This document shows positions 37,701 through 48,288 of a stretch of 64,000 nucleotides of DNA, piece by piece (position 1 is the first letter of the stretch; each line of letters starts with the position of its first letter). The translations under genes and the position numbers were made by a program. A model generated the notes under the pieces. It did no database searches, was not told where the DNA came from, and saw only the letters and a list, made by a program, of their open reading frames with translations. Source of the stretch: Antedon mediterranea (Eukaryota; Animalia; Echinodermata); NCBI RefSeq assembly GCF_964355755.1, contig NC_092670.1, positions 21,004,795 to 21,068,794 on the forward strand, given 5' to 3'.

Positions 37701-40700
37701 TAAATATATGTAAATGAAACCTACTCTCATCTATCGACTCTTGGCAAGAAAGAACGTCCAAACTTGCTTTATAGGCAACACCTGGTGTATACAGGTCATC
37801 AAGGTATACCCTGTGAAATGTACTGCCCTCTCCGGTTTCAGACAGGATAATTACTGGAGCTAAAACAAGAAATAATATATTTATTTGGTTGAATTTTGTT
37901 TACAATTAATCTAGAGCGCTTCTTATTTAGCCTCTAGGTAATGCTTACACATCTATTCCAACTGTAACTAAATCACAAAGTTTGGTGCAGCTATTAAATA
38001 AATAAATAAATACTCACCAAAAGTAAAGAACCCAGGCACAAGAAACTGTACAGTGTTAGCCTCACTGTTAAAAAGCTCAGCTGATACCAGTGCCTGAATG
38101 GTTAAAAATATATCTCGTTTTAGGCATTGGTTGGCGCCCCATACTCGACTATAAATACTGTCAAAAAGCATTTAATTAAATAATTATTGATAAAGGATGA
38201 AATACCGTACCCCTCTACCCTTTGTCACTTTGAGCAAAATATGCGACGCATCCTTTAGTCCAATCGTTGGCATCAATATTTTCTTTGTATCGGTTTTCCG
38301 TGGTGGCAGCAATTCATTGTACGATTTTAAGCTGATGGCTTCTAAGCAACGTTCACCTTTAACCTTAAAAACAATAAATATTGTATTTTAACAGATAAGT
38401 TGCTTCACTATCTTTACTGTAGTTAAGATACTGCAGTAATTGTAGTGAAATACTGCAGTAGAATAAATCTACCATACCTTAAGACATGCAGACACCCAAT
38501 CAGCACCTCCTGTATTGCCAACAGCAATGAAGTGGTCTATTTCTTCCACAGCGTCCTTCAGTGGGAACATGTAATGTATTGTTTTAGCAACAGTACCCTC
38601 AATGTGTAGTTTTCCATCTTCAACAAGTGCAAACTTATCGGTCTCTAAAAACGAAAATAGATGAACAGGTAAATTTGGGTAACAGGTATCACACAAAAGA
38701 ACTGAGAACTGGAAAAGAGTTTAGATAGCAAAAATAATGATATCTTATATTTGATATCGTACTACAGTAGAACCCATCCTTTGGGACACCCTATTCAGGG
38801 GACACCCTATTCAGGGTACACCCTATTCAGGGGACACCCTATTCAGGGGACACCCTATTCAGGGGACACCCTATTCAGGGGACACCCTATTCAGGAGACA
38901 CCCTATTCAGGAGACACCCTATTCAGGAGACACCCTATTCAGGAGACACCCTATTCAGGAGACACCCTATTCAGGGTACACCCTATTCAGGAGACACCCT
39001 ATTCAGGGGACACCCTATTCAGGGGACACCCTATTCAGGAGACACCCTATTCAGGAGACACCCTATTCAGGAGACACCCTATTCAGGGGACACCCTATTC
39101 AGGGGACACCCTATTCAGGGGACACCCTATTCAGGGGACACCCTATTCAGGGGACACCCTATTCAGGGGACACCCTATTCAGGAGACACCCTATTCAGGG
39201 GACACCCTATTCAGGGTACACCCTATTCAGGGGACACCCTATTCAGGGGACACCCTATTCAGGGGACACCCTATTCAGGAGACACCCTATTCAGGGTACA
39301 CCCTATTCAGGGGACACCCTATTCAGGAGACACCCTATTCAGGAGACACCCTATTCAGGGGACACCCTATTCAGGGGACACCCTATTCAGGGGACACCCT
39401 ATTCAGGGGACACCCTATTCAGGGGACACCCTATTCAGGGGACACCCTATTCAGGAGACACCCTATTCAGGAGACACCCTATTCAGGGTACACCCTATTC
39501 AGGGGACACCCTATTCAGGGGACACCCTATTCAGGAGACACCCTATTCAGGAGACACCCTATTCAGGAGACACCCTATTCAGGGTACACCCTATTCAGGG
39601 GACACCCTATTCAGGGGACACCCTATTCAGGGGACACCCTATTCAGGGGACACCCTATTCAGGGTACACCCTATTCAGGGTACACCCTATTCAGGGGACA
39701 CCCTATTCAGGGGACACCCTATTCAGGGGACACCCTATTCAGGGTACACCCTATTCAGAGGACACCCTATTCAGGGAACACCCTATTCAGGGGACACCTC
39801 AATTTAGGGGACACCCTATTCAGGGGACACCTCAATTTAGGGGACACCCTATTCAGGGGACACCCTATTCAGGGGACACCTCAATTTAGGGGAAACCCTA
39901 TTCAGGGGACACCTTAATTTAGGGGACACCCTATTCAGGGGACATGTGACAAAGAATGAGGGGAAATATAGGTGTACAGTATTACTAACTCTATTGTAAC
40001 TTAATTTATAACACAGGATCAAAATGTAAAGATCTATACCAACATGAATAATTTTTCTTAAAAATTACTTTAAAAATATATTTTATATTTTCAAACCTTT
40101 AAACTGTATAGTTTTGCCCGTTTCTTTATCATCATTGTCATTGGTGAAATGTCTTTTGAGCATTTTCATCCTATAGGCTGTATCAATAGACACCTGTAAA
40201 AAAAGTACATAAAGCAAAAACACATGTAAAATAAGTGATTTATGTGGAACATCATGTGCACTTTTTAATTCTTACGTTATTTTTTTCTTTGTACTTCTTT
40301 GATGTAATAAATTAAATAAAAATAGCAGAAATGTTGAGGATAGAGCTTTGAATAAAAACAATAACCCACCTGTTTAGTCTTTTTATCAATCATATCAAAC
40401 ATTGCCCTTTTTGTTGCCAACACTAATTCTTTACACCTATAAAATATATGAGTGAGTGAGTGAGTGACCAAACGGTTAGGACAGTGGAACCGTAATTACG
40501 TAGCCATAACAAGGGCAAGGGTTCGAGGCTTGCTCGCTCCATGGTTCGAGTCTTCCCGGATAAGGACTATAAACCGTAGGTCCAGTGTACACATCTAGCT
40601 CATGTGCAGTTTAGACGAGTAGAGGGTTACCCCTATTTACTAGTACTGTACATCACAGTCACTGATCACCAACTGGGCCCTCTGGGAGACCAGTCTTTGA

Positions 40701-43700
40701 CTGAAGAGGTCACCCAGTATAAATAAAATATTTCAATTCTATACAGAATAATTGTGCATTTTTATGGCAGGAATTTAAACAGTTTTACAAAAATTAATTT
40801 TTGATAATACAGTAAAAGCAAAGTAAACAAATTACCATACAACACAGAGATGATCAGTTGAGAGCCATACTCTAGGTATCGCACTCGTCACCACTGACAA
40901 GCTACGACTTGGATGCATGACATCAGTTAAAAATGTTAGACCTGAACGCACAAGGTTGTCACGGAAACCACCACCAACAGACAGAACAACCACATCACTC
41001 AATGTGTCATTCATTTCATTTTTCCAAAACTATTGGACAAAAATAAGTAAAAGTATGAAATAGAAGTGTACATGCAGGGATTAATACCGAAAGTTGTATA
41101 GAGACTCATAAACCATGTGATGAAAAAAATGTGATGTGCCTATATATGGACATGATGTCTAGTTTGCTAATGTAGACAGAGCTTTAAGCTAAAAGTACCC
41201 ATACATAATAGTCATTATTAACTATTCAAAAATATCACAAACCTTATTAACTGATAGCTGGAACTCATCTAGTTCCTTGTCAGCTTTTACCACTGGACTA
41301 TCGTGGGGTGTAGCCTGTGTGATGATGGTGTTTACTAGTTTGGAATTGAACTTTGGTGACAAAAACAATGCTCTAGCAATAAGTCCTCCCTTTAACAAAA
41401 TACACAGGAAATTTGAGCCATGCCATAATTACACAAGATTTGGGTTAGGGACAATGTTAATACTATTCTTCTGCAGTTACTGCAGTAACTACATTCTGTT
41501 TTAACTATTTATGCAATTATCAAGCATGTGTGCATACTGTTTATTGCAATGACATTACAATAAAAACAATATTCTTACTGCATTTACTGCAGTAGAAAAA
41601 CTAAACCTGCCCAGAATTAAAGATGGGACTATATTTAACAGTGTGATTTATAAATACAGAATAGGATTATACTTGGTCAAATGTTATTTCAAGTGAATTA
41701 CTTTTCTGAATATTTTATTAGGGGGTTGTATAGTTATGTCTCTCAAGTCTTTTCAATAACTAGACAAAGTAACGAAAAACAGAGGCTTAGTAAAGCTTGG
41801 TTCCCACTAGAACGTAACGCAAGGACGTAAACGCAACGCAAGCGTTTTAACCAATGACAAGCGAAGTTATAGACAGTTTTAGCAATCACAAGCGAATAAG
41901 CCATTGCTTGTGATTGGTCAATTCACTTGCGTTGCGTTACGTCCTTGCGTTGCGTCGCTAGTGGGAACCACGCTTTATGGCCTAAACTAAGAACTTACCA
42001 TAGAATGACCTACAATAACAACATTCTGTGGTGGGTTCTTTAAATGCTGATATAAACTTAGTATATGATTAATACAGTGAACAACATATTCTAAAAAGAA
42101 AAAAAGGAGTATTAAAATCACTCTTAAATTAAAGTTGGTTGAAATATGTGTAAAAGGGGTTAGGTACATAAACAGTTTACTCTTGTTTTTAACTGACTTA
42201 ATTCAATTCAATTTACATTCATTTAGTCAACGTTTATAATTACAATTTCAGTATAATATAATTGATGGCAAGGGTCCTGCATAAAGAGGATTACTGTAAC
42301 TATGTACTGTATTAGGATTGATGTACACTAAATCTAGTATATTCATACTAAATGTAATTTGCTTGGCCTACAAAAACTTTGTACACAACAAAATGTAGCT
42401 AGACTCTGACCAAAACAGAATCTGATATGCAGAGGTATTTTTTTATTATCACTATATCCCCTCTCCTCTCTAATAAAATAATACTTCCCACTGTATATTA
42501 ACATCAACTGTTTATTATTATAATCACCTGTTTGATGTTGTAAGAACCCTCCATACATGCCTACCAGCTCCCCGTCAAGATCCACCGAAAAGTAATCAAA
42601 ATGAAAACTGTACTTTTCAGCTTTGCGTAACGCCACTGAACCAAGAGATCTCACTGTAAAACAATTCAATTTAATGAAAGTAGAGAGACACAATGGTAGG
42701 AATATGACTTTTGTGAAACTCTACAGCTCTGTCTACACTATCAATATATGATAGTGATATGCTTAAATGTGGTTGATATGACATCATCTTATCCATATAT
42801 GGTTACAATACATCACATTTGTTTTCACATAAAGTTTGATAGTGTAGTCTTAAAGCAGTAGTGTAGTCAGAGCTTTAGTAGGAGTAGAAATATATTATAT
42901 ATCTGTGGGGATAAACTGAATGCAGGGGTAAACCACAAGAAGTTAAAATGATTGGGAGTTAATTGAAAGACAATTTTATAATAGAATCCCTCTTTTTAGA
43001 TTTTCAATATTCTGTAAATGAACAACGAACAATAAATGTTTAAATGCTACAAATAAGCAACCAATATTCAGGGGACACCACTATTAAGGGTACACTTTCT
43101 TGGGTTCCGAAACTACCCCTTAATTAATATTATAATGTAAGACAAAGAGATGAATTTGGTTTGAAAAAGTACCTTGTTTATAGCTGCCTGCATTGCCTGG
43201 GATGAATAGAACGGGTACTCCATCCAGCTTCATATTCCTAACAAGGAATAAATGACACAATTTAATATGGATATATTGTAATATTTTAAAATGATTTTAA
43301 AAACATGTTTCATTTCAAAGATGCAACAAATGTACTGTATTTCAATTGACAATTATATTGGGTTTCTCTATTAAGTTTTGATAGGATTGTTCATTAAATA
43401 TGTAAACTATATATCTATTTTCCAGGTCTACTATACTTAAAATGGTACAGTATCTATGGAATAGGTGTGTTTCAAAGAGGTCTATTATTATTTGATTTTC
43501 AATAATTGTCATTGGAATATAATTACATTTTTAACTGATAAAAACATTGTTTGTAATAATTATATTATTATCGTCTTATTATTAAAACTACAGCAGACCA
43601 CATTGTAAACAGTATAAAGATATTACTACCAGTAATTAACAGTGTAGCAATTAACTACAAAAAACATTAAATCCGTACCACAGTAAATGGTGGAAATGAA

Positions 43701-46700
43701 TACTGTCTATTATTTTAGCTGGTATGACAACTGCTAACTGCAATGTTTACAAGTTTCATTGAGAAAAAAAATTACTGTAGTGTGGTTGTTTGACAATAAA
43801 AGTGTAATGTCCCCAAATAATGGTAGTGGTATGTCTAAATTGAAGGCATACACATACAGTAGTACAAATGGCAAAAAAAATGCATGATTAACTCAATAAA
43901 TGACTGATTTATAATTAGACTTTAGATGGTTATTATAGATATTAAAGAATTGAATTTATCTACAAAGAAGGATCCATCTACCTGTAAGACTAACATTAAC
44001 ATTTATATAGTGTCCATTTTTATGAAAAGCTCATAATCATAACATTGGTTAAAATAAAGTCTTTAATTGTTTTTTTAACTGATAATACTGTATATTCATT
44101 CACAGTACTGTATTATTCATTGAGGTTTCTAAAGAGTATTTATAAGGGAAACTATATTTGCACAAAAAAGTTGTACAGACTGAGTTACCTAGTGTAAACA
44201 CAGGGTTAACAGTCAATCTAAAGTCAACAAACTGAATGCATGAGATTTTTTCTATACTTTATACAGTATAATGCATCCTATTTCGACCTCTGGTATTATA
44301 TAAATAAACTATTTTCATAGTTTCATCTTTATACATAATCACAGCCTCTAAAAATTAACAAGTAGTAGTATGTAAAATATAGGCAGATGGTGGGAAGATA
44401 TCTCAAAAGGGGTGACTGTACCTTTTTCATTAGAGCAACACCCACAGTGTAGTGTATGGATACAGTGAAAGGATGTGACATTGGGGAAGAGCATGCAATT
44501 TGAATATACACAACATGAAGGGGGAATATGATGATTATCCATGATGCTATACACATTTTCCCTCAAGAAGCACAGGTTCTGAGTAGAAGGTCAGACCTTC
44601 TATTCAGAACCTGTGCTTAGTGTTGACCTTTATACTGTATCCAGAAAACCTCAAAGTGGTTGGGACATACTAGTTAAGTTAAAAGGCAATATAATGAGTC
44701 ACCCAATGAAAGCAAACATAAATTAGTTTGAACAGAGATTAGTAAGAGAGTATGATGTTTAATAGATTAAACTTATCTATATAATGTATTGACCATATCT
44801 TTGTGGTTCTTGTGTAAATAATGCATGATAACTTTGTCTCTATAAACGACATTCTGCAAATTTAATGAACTTTCTCCAGTTTGTAATTTGAACCATCAAT
44901 TATTAATGGAATTTTGTATCAGATGATGGTACTGTACCAATTGATACAGGCCTGGAAGGATAGTAAAAAAATATATAATTAATCAATTAATTTCTATTTT
45001 TCATTTCATTGAATGTTTTTCTTGAACCAAACTTAAACTACTATACTGTAAACATGCATATTTGATGAGTTTTAACTCACTTGGACTTCTTGGCATATTC
45101 TCCTTCTCCATACAGGTATAAGCCGTATCGTGGAAACGCATTTTGTATCTCTTCTTTTATTCCGGGTACAGGCTTGAAAAAAAAAAAAAAACAATTATTA
45201 TATTATTTAAACAAGGATTAATTTATAATAAGTTATGATATTAAACTGTATTTATTTTAAATTATCATCATGCATGCAATTGTCAAATTTGAAGATTTTA
45301 TAGTTTAAAGTCAATTTGTGTCAGTAAAAGCTTTTTAATAAATACAGTAGGCCTACTTCCTATGCTTAATGTAGTAGTACTAGGCATAAATTATTATATG
45401 CTCTTATTATTCAGTATTGTATTGGGCCTACACATGACAGACACACACATAAATATAAAATTACAGTGAATTTTAGGCGCTAGTTCCGTTTCGCACCTGT
45501 TTTTATTTCAACTTCCTTTTGACTCCAAATTGTTAAGCAACTTATTGTGAATACCACACCTTAAAATTGGGCCTCATAAGTACTTTTATGAAGAAGAATC
45601 ACATAAAAAGTAACAAATAAATCCTTAAATTGATGATTTTACAGACATGTTTCTCGCATACCGTTCGCCGCGAATTTAGCATACTCGAAGTTCAATATTT
45701 TCGTTTCTATGGAGCGCCAAAAGAGCAACAACAATAGATGGTTAAAACCTCAGTGGAATGCGTCTTCTTTTAATGCATTTATTATTGAAATTCACGTTTA
45801 ATTTTAATATATTTTGTCAATAAAAATGCTGTAACATTTTACTGCTAATAATTTGCTGTTTTCAAATAGCAACCAACCCTAGGCCTAAGAGTAAGACTAA
45901 GACTAACTAAGAGGCATATTATTTAGATTAAGGTATACCCCTACAGTACATGTAATATGATGATGAATTTGTCGATTTTCATTCCTAAAAGCTCCTGCAA
46001 AAACCATGTACAGTATTAACAGTAATATTTTTGTTGCATTGACATTGACAAAATATGATAAAATTGAACGTAATTTTCACCAATAAATGCATTAAATATA
46101 CACAATTTACTGAGTTGTTAGCCCTCTATTATGATTGCTCTTTTGGCGCTCCATAGAAACAACAACATTGAACATGATGGAGTATGCGAAATTCACGAAC
46201 CGATGTGCGAGAAACACGTCTGTAAATTCATCAATTTAAAGGATTCAATTTTTACTTTTTGTGTGATCTCCTTTGTAAAAGTATTTTTGAGACTTAATTC
46301 TAAGGTGTGGTACTCACGATAAAGTTACTTAACCAATTTTGAGTCGAAATAAACGACAGGTGCGAAACGGAACTAGCGCCGAATTTTATAATATATTCTA
46401 GTATAAAATTATTATTATTCATTTATTAATATTTTGTATACTAATTTATCAGCCGTTTGACTAAATTAATATGATGTTGCTAGCAATTGGGTCCGTGTCC
46501 TAGCTAGGCCACAAAACCTCAGTCAGCTAGAGGGCAGAGAGAGGGCCTAGCCTAGGCTACACCACCACCACCACTATAGTATAGCTAGCCTATCTAGGCT
46601 AGATAGATATTATATAGCATAGAGTAGACCTTACAAACACAGTAGTCGTAGTCTAGCCTTTTGAGACGAAAATGTGCATTAAAATTAGATTAATCCTTAC

Positions 46701-46832
46701 CATGTATGTTGGGTATTGAAACATATATGTCATAGAACAACTGTTTTCTTCAACATTTACAATAACATCATATAAACCCCATGCAAACAGAGAGAGAAGA
46801 AGCGCACATAGTGCCTTGTTGCGCGCTGCCAT
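22778..46832 (-). CDS. PGAP1: GPI inositol-deacylase PGAP1/Bst1, 22 exons, about 968 aa
   Basis: Hand-assembled GT-AG exons with consistent phases, total 2907 nt: 46832-46701, 45172-45081, 43237-43173, 42653-42528, 42090-41999, 41389-41243, 41029-40836, 40436-40370, 40193-40097, 38644-38478, 38363-38211, 38093-38018, 37859-37725, 37504-37290, 30268-30175, 28955-28865, 28080-27907, 27427-27283, 26953-26903, 26606-26254, 24369-24265, 22913-22778. Family motifs CSMTYM, PVLFIPGNAGSYKQVRS, GHSMGG nucleophile, SVGGGFRD and STDHLCVVWC; C-terminal TM region LVRFH, PSLIVW, SDP, YRLSYF. Confidence 0.9.
23490..23835. repeat. Degenerate ~37-50 bp minisatellite in the last PGAP1 intron
   Basis: Recurrent GATATGTACGTACGGGGCACATACAATAAATTGTGGC. 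Confidence 0.85.
24785..24847 (+). mobile_element. L2-type retroposon 3' tail
   Basis: CGCCTTGAGCACTC.GAGTGGTATGTGCGCTATAAA...(ATT)n, near-identical to 34293-34360. Confidence 0.7.
25302..25442. mobile_element. MITE family A copy, left end lost
   Basis: Internal sequence plus right TIR GTGTAGACAGAGCT followed by TTA. Confidence 0.85.
26671..26716. mobile_element. MITE family A fragment (left end)
   Basis: TAA followed by AGCTCTGTCTACACTATCAAACTTTATGTG. Confidence 0.75.
29590..30093. repeat. Tandem duplication of a ~260-bp segment
   Basis: 29592-29815 and 29853-30093 share CACACGTCA.GCGGCGATATTAAAT.GCAACGCTA...AAAATCGATAGGCCTATAATATTGATGACGTCAA. Confidence 0.85.
30524..30732. mobile_element. 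MITE family C with perfect 39-bp TIRs (Harbinger-like)
   Basis: AGGCCAACTCAGACAGCGTCGTACGACGAGGCCCGACGA and its exact reverse complement at the other end; flanks TAA and TGA. Confidence 0.88.
30810..31883 (-). CDS. Uncharacterised 357-aa intronless hydrophilic protein nested in PGAP1 intron 14
   Basis: 1074-nt non-repetitive ORF in AT-rich DNA. ACCATG start with an in-frame TAG four codons upstream. S/K/R/E-rich, short coiled-coil-like stretch (REEVKRELERQQANEEAKDRE), no domain I recognise. Confidence 0.6.
   Translation of the reverse strand: MIKEPSKISEDHFGRSKSFLKRQDTSIITRAYTTLNSHKRPLSLPGISRSSRHISFYDYLPHRKVWSEKDQRKRDRSRNLFREEVKRELERQQANEEAKDRELFPPKDEDVDIGEGQEDEEESYLEQYFPSIRNRKSSVKGTRGRMGMQNVHTFFPEIENYDFAPRRAYTEGDLKAKKIADDSVLSESKLGIKADNESELSDIVQPSKNERRVSFNLMANKRKTSLSQQTVSSCPDVQIRKPSFVGHNLREISEAIIINKNKNAYSNLSKHSSRLHLLHDSIEESMEVSRHESRNVQRRTQTKSAGTSVVKPDDSANEHETVYPLVFAHQPIKHLGSIRDNVVITEPLIIKRMGMER
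33311..33450. mobile_element. PIF/Harbinger-like MITE family B
   Basis: TIR AGCTTGGTTCCCACTAG, TWA flanks. Confidence 0.8.
33847..36536 (+). CDS. Golgi carbohydrate sulfotransferase, HNK-1ST/CHST8-14 (Sulfotransfer_2) family, 3 exons, about 364 aa
   Basis: Exons 33847-33940 (type II signal anchor MMPHRRINRKFTSLVLVNILVWICLAW), 35122-35264 (stem) and 35679-36536 (catalytic), phases consistent. PAPS-binding motifs SKVGSTNWK and FVRHPFTRVLSAY, plus DGHW, PCQIDYDYIGKLE and YKKDFVLFGY. Confidence 0.88.
34000..34156. mobile_element. MITE family B copy
   Basis: TIRs and long internal inverted symmetry (GCAACGCAAGGACGTAA). Confidence 0.83.
34293..34360 (+). mobile_element. L2-type retroposon 3' tail
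   Basis: Second copy of 24785-24847 with an (ATT)n tail. Confidence 0.7.
34408..34479 (-). tRNA. tRNA-Val(AAC)-like gene, degenerate, probably a pseudogene
   Basis: Reverse complement GGTTTCGGAGTGTAGTGGTTATCAGGTCTGCTTAACACGCAGAAGGTCCCCGGTTCGAGCCCTGGCGAACCC: perfect anticodon stem with AAC, A/B boxes, downstream T-run. Single mismatches in the acceptor, D and T stems and G in place of U8. Confidence 0.75.
34645..34671 (-). pseudogene. 3' fragment of a second tRNA-Val copy
   Basis: Reverse complement GTCCCCGGTTCGAGCTCGGGCGAAACC (T arm plus 3' acceptor strand). About 40 bp of flank is also duplicated relative to 34370-34407. Confidence 0.65.
35410..35510. repeat. 18-bp tandem repeat (GGCCTGACGGAGGACGAC-like) in sulfotransferase intron 2
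   Basis: About five imperfect copies. Confidence 0.8.
36583..36731. mobile_element. MITE family C truncated, diverged copy
   Basis: Matches the reverse complement of 30585-30732. Confidence 0.8.
38783..39944. repeat. 16-bp minisatellite (GACACCCTATTCAGGG), about 72 copies, in PGAP1 intron 9
   Basis: Direct reading, period 16; explains the 388-aa repetitive ORF. Confidence 0.97.
40456..40730 (+). mobile_element. tRNA-derived SINE with a Nin/Deu central domain
   Basis: A-box-like TGACCAAACGG, B box GGTTCGAGGC, Deu/Nin-like GGATAAGGACTATAAACCGTAGGTCC...GAGTAGAGGGTTACCCC, A-rich tail. Confidence 0.78.
41115..41183. mobile_element. MITE family A deleted fragment
   Basis: GTGATGTGCCTATATATGGACATGATG fused to the right TIR. 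Confidence 0.7.
41794..41974. mobile_element. MITE family B copy (most intact)
   Basis: TAA-AGCTTGGTTCCCACTAG...CTAGTGGGAACCACGCT-TTA. Confidence 0.87.
42725..42874. mobile_element. MITE family A copy
   Basis: Left TIR intact, right TIR partly duplicated. Confidence 0.8.
45476..46380. mobile_element. Non-autonomous Merlin-like foldback element, 905 bp
   Basis: Termini GGCGCTAGTTCCGTTTCGCACCTGT, 8-bp TSD GAATTTTA (45468-45475 and 46381-46388), imperfect inverted arms of about 370 bp. Confidence 0.88.
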
Positions 46833-47209
46833 TTTGAATTATGATGGTTGCCAAAATGATTCGCGACTTTTGCCCACTTTTCTATTGTCGACCTTTACAC
46901 CACACGTGGTGTTTGATATCAAATATAATAAAGTAAGCACTTAAGCTGTCTAATACTAAGCGCATTAACTTTTATGACTTATTTATTGATAAACTATCTC
47001 GTTTGTGAAACGATTAAATAAACCACAATATCAATATTATTGGTAGGTACTCATTAAAATAATATTAGTTTTAAACTGTCGACATATTGTATTACTTATT
47101 TATAAATAATATGGCTGCGATTAGCAAAATAATTACTGTAATAATAATAATAAAAACACACAATTATATTAATTATAATTAACTATTTCCCATAAAATGA
47201 TTCAATTAA

Positions 47210-47751
47210 AGATGTATTGTCCCTTGAAACACAAAAAAATTAAGGTCAAAATATAGTAAATTTTAATTGGCCATATCAAAGTAATATTAAAGTTATTCAC
47301 TTTAAGTCGAAAATTCGAGCCAAAAACAAAAATTTTACGTAATTAACAGCTAAATTAATTTGATTACATTTCGTCTGGAAAATATTTGCGAGCGAAAGTA
47401 AACAAAGATTTCAAACCATGAGTTATTATGCATGATGCTAATTAGGATTGTTTACAACTCGTCACGGTTGAGAAGGTGTTTTCACACAGATCGCGAGGAG
47501 GTTTTAGGATTATGCATACAGAGTAGCCAAATAAGCGCATTGCATTATAAGATATGTTTTGATTGAAAACTTTGACTGGAAGTCAAAGTTATTTTTTGAA
47601 CTAAAAAACGTCTGTATTTCAGTTAAATGATTTTTTTTTCGACAAATTTTTGGTGAAAGTTAATAACTATTATGATACTTCAAAATGACCCACTTTTTTT
47701 CAAAATCTTTTTATTTTTATTTTTTTTTTGGAATAAAGGGACAATACATCT
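47210..47751. mobile_element. Kolobok-like non-autonomous DNA transposon
   Basis: TTAA on both sides, 16-bp TIR AGATGTATTGTCCCTT. Confidence 0.82.
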
Positions 47752-48288
47752 TTAAACTTCATTCACAGATCATTCTTTTAAGAACTAACGCCCTCTATAG
47801 TAAATTAGCTTAAGAACTTTCTTAAGCGGTCTGAAAGCTCTTAGGTGTGAACGTAAAGTACAAAAATACGATGTTTAGTATAATATTGTGCTCTGAAAGT
47901 AAATCTTAAGAAATAAAAGTACGCTTTCAGGCATAAACGTAATACACGTTATATGTTTATTGTCGACGTACTTTGACTTTCAGATAATACATACATAGAC
48001 AACTGTACACTACAGAGCGAAGGTGGATGACGGGGTCAATATTGCATTGTTAAACATTGTATCTGCCTTTATCGTTGTTATTTATACTGTAGTATTATAT
48101 TTTGTTCCTTTGTTCATTCATATTCCAGTTGACGTATAAATCACAAAAGAATCTAGTGTTGATTTAAACTCTTTCTATTCATGATTTAACCGAAATGAAT
48201 AAGGCCGCTAATCCGTGGATATATTAATAACAATGGCACGTTTAACAAGGCGTAAACCTCGGCACGCATCGATATCACCTAGGCGTAT

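Noticed and set aside
38751-39917. 388-aa ORF
   Set aside because: Translation of the 16-bp minisatellite in a PGAP1 intron, with a non-ATG start.
37257-46832. PGAP1 as a truncated gene lacking its TM domain
   Set aside because: The remaining eight exons were found at 30268-22778 in consistent phase.
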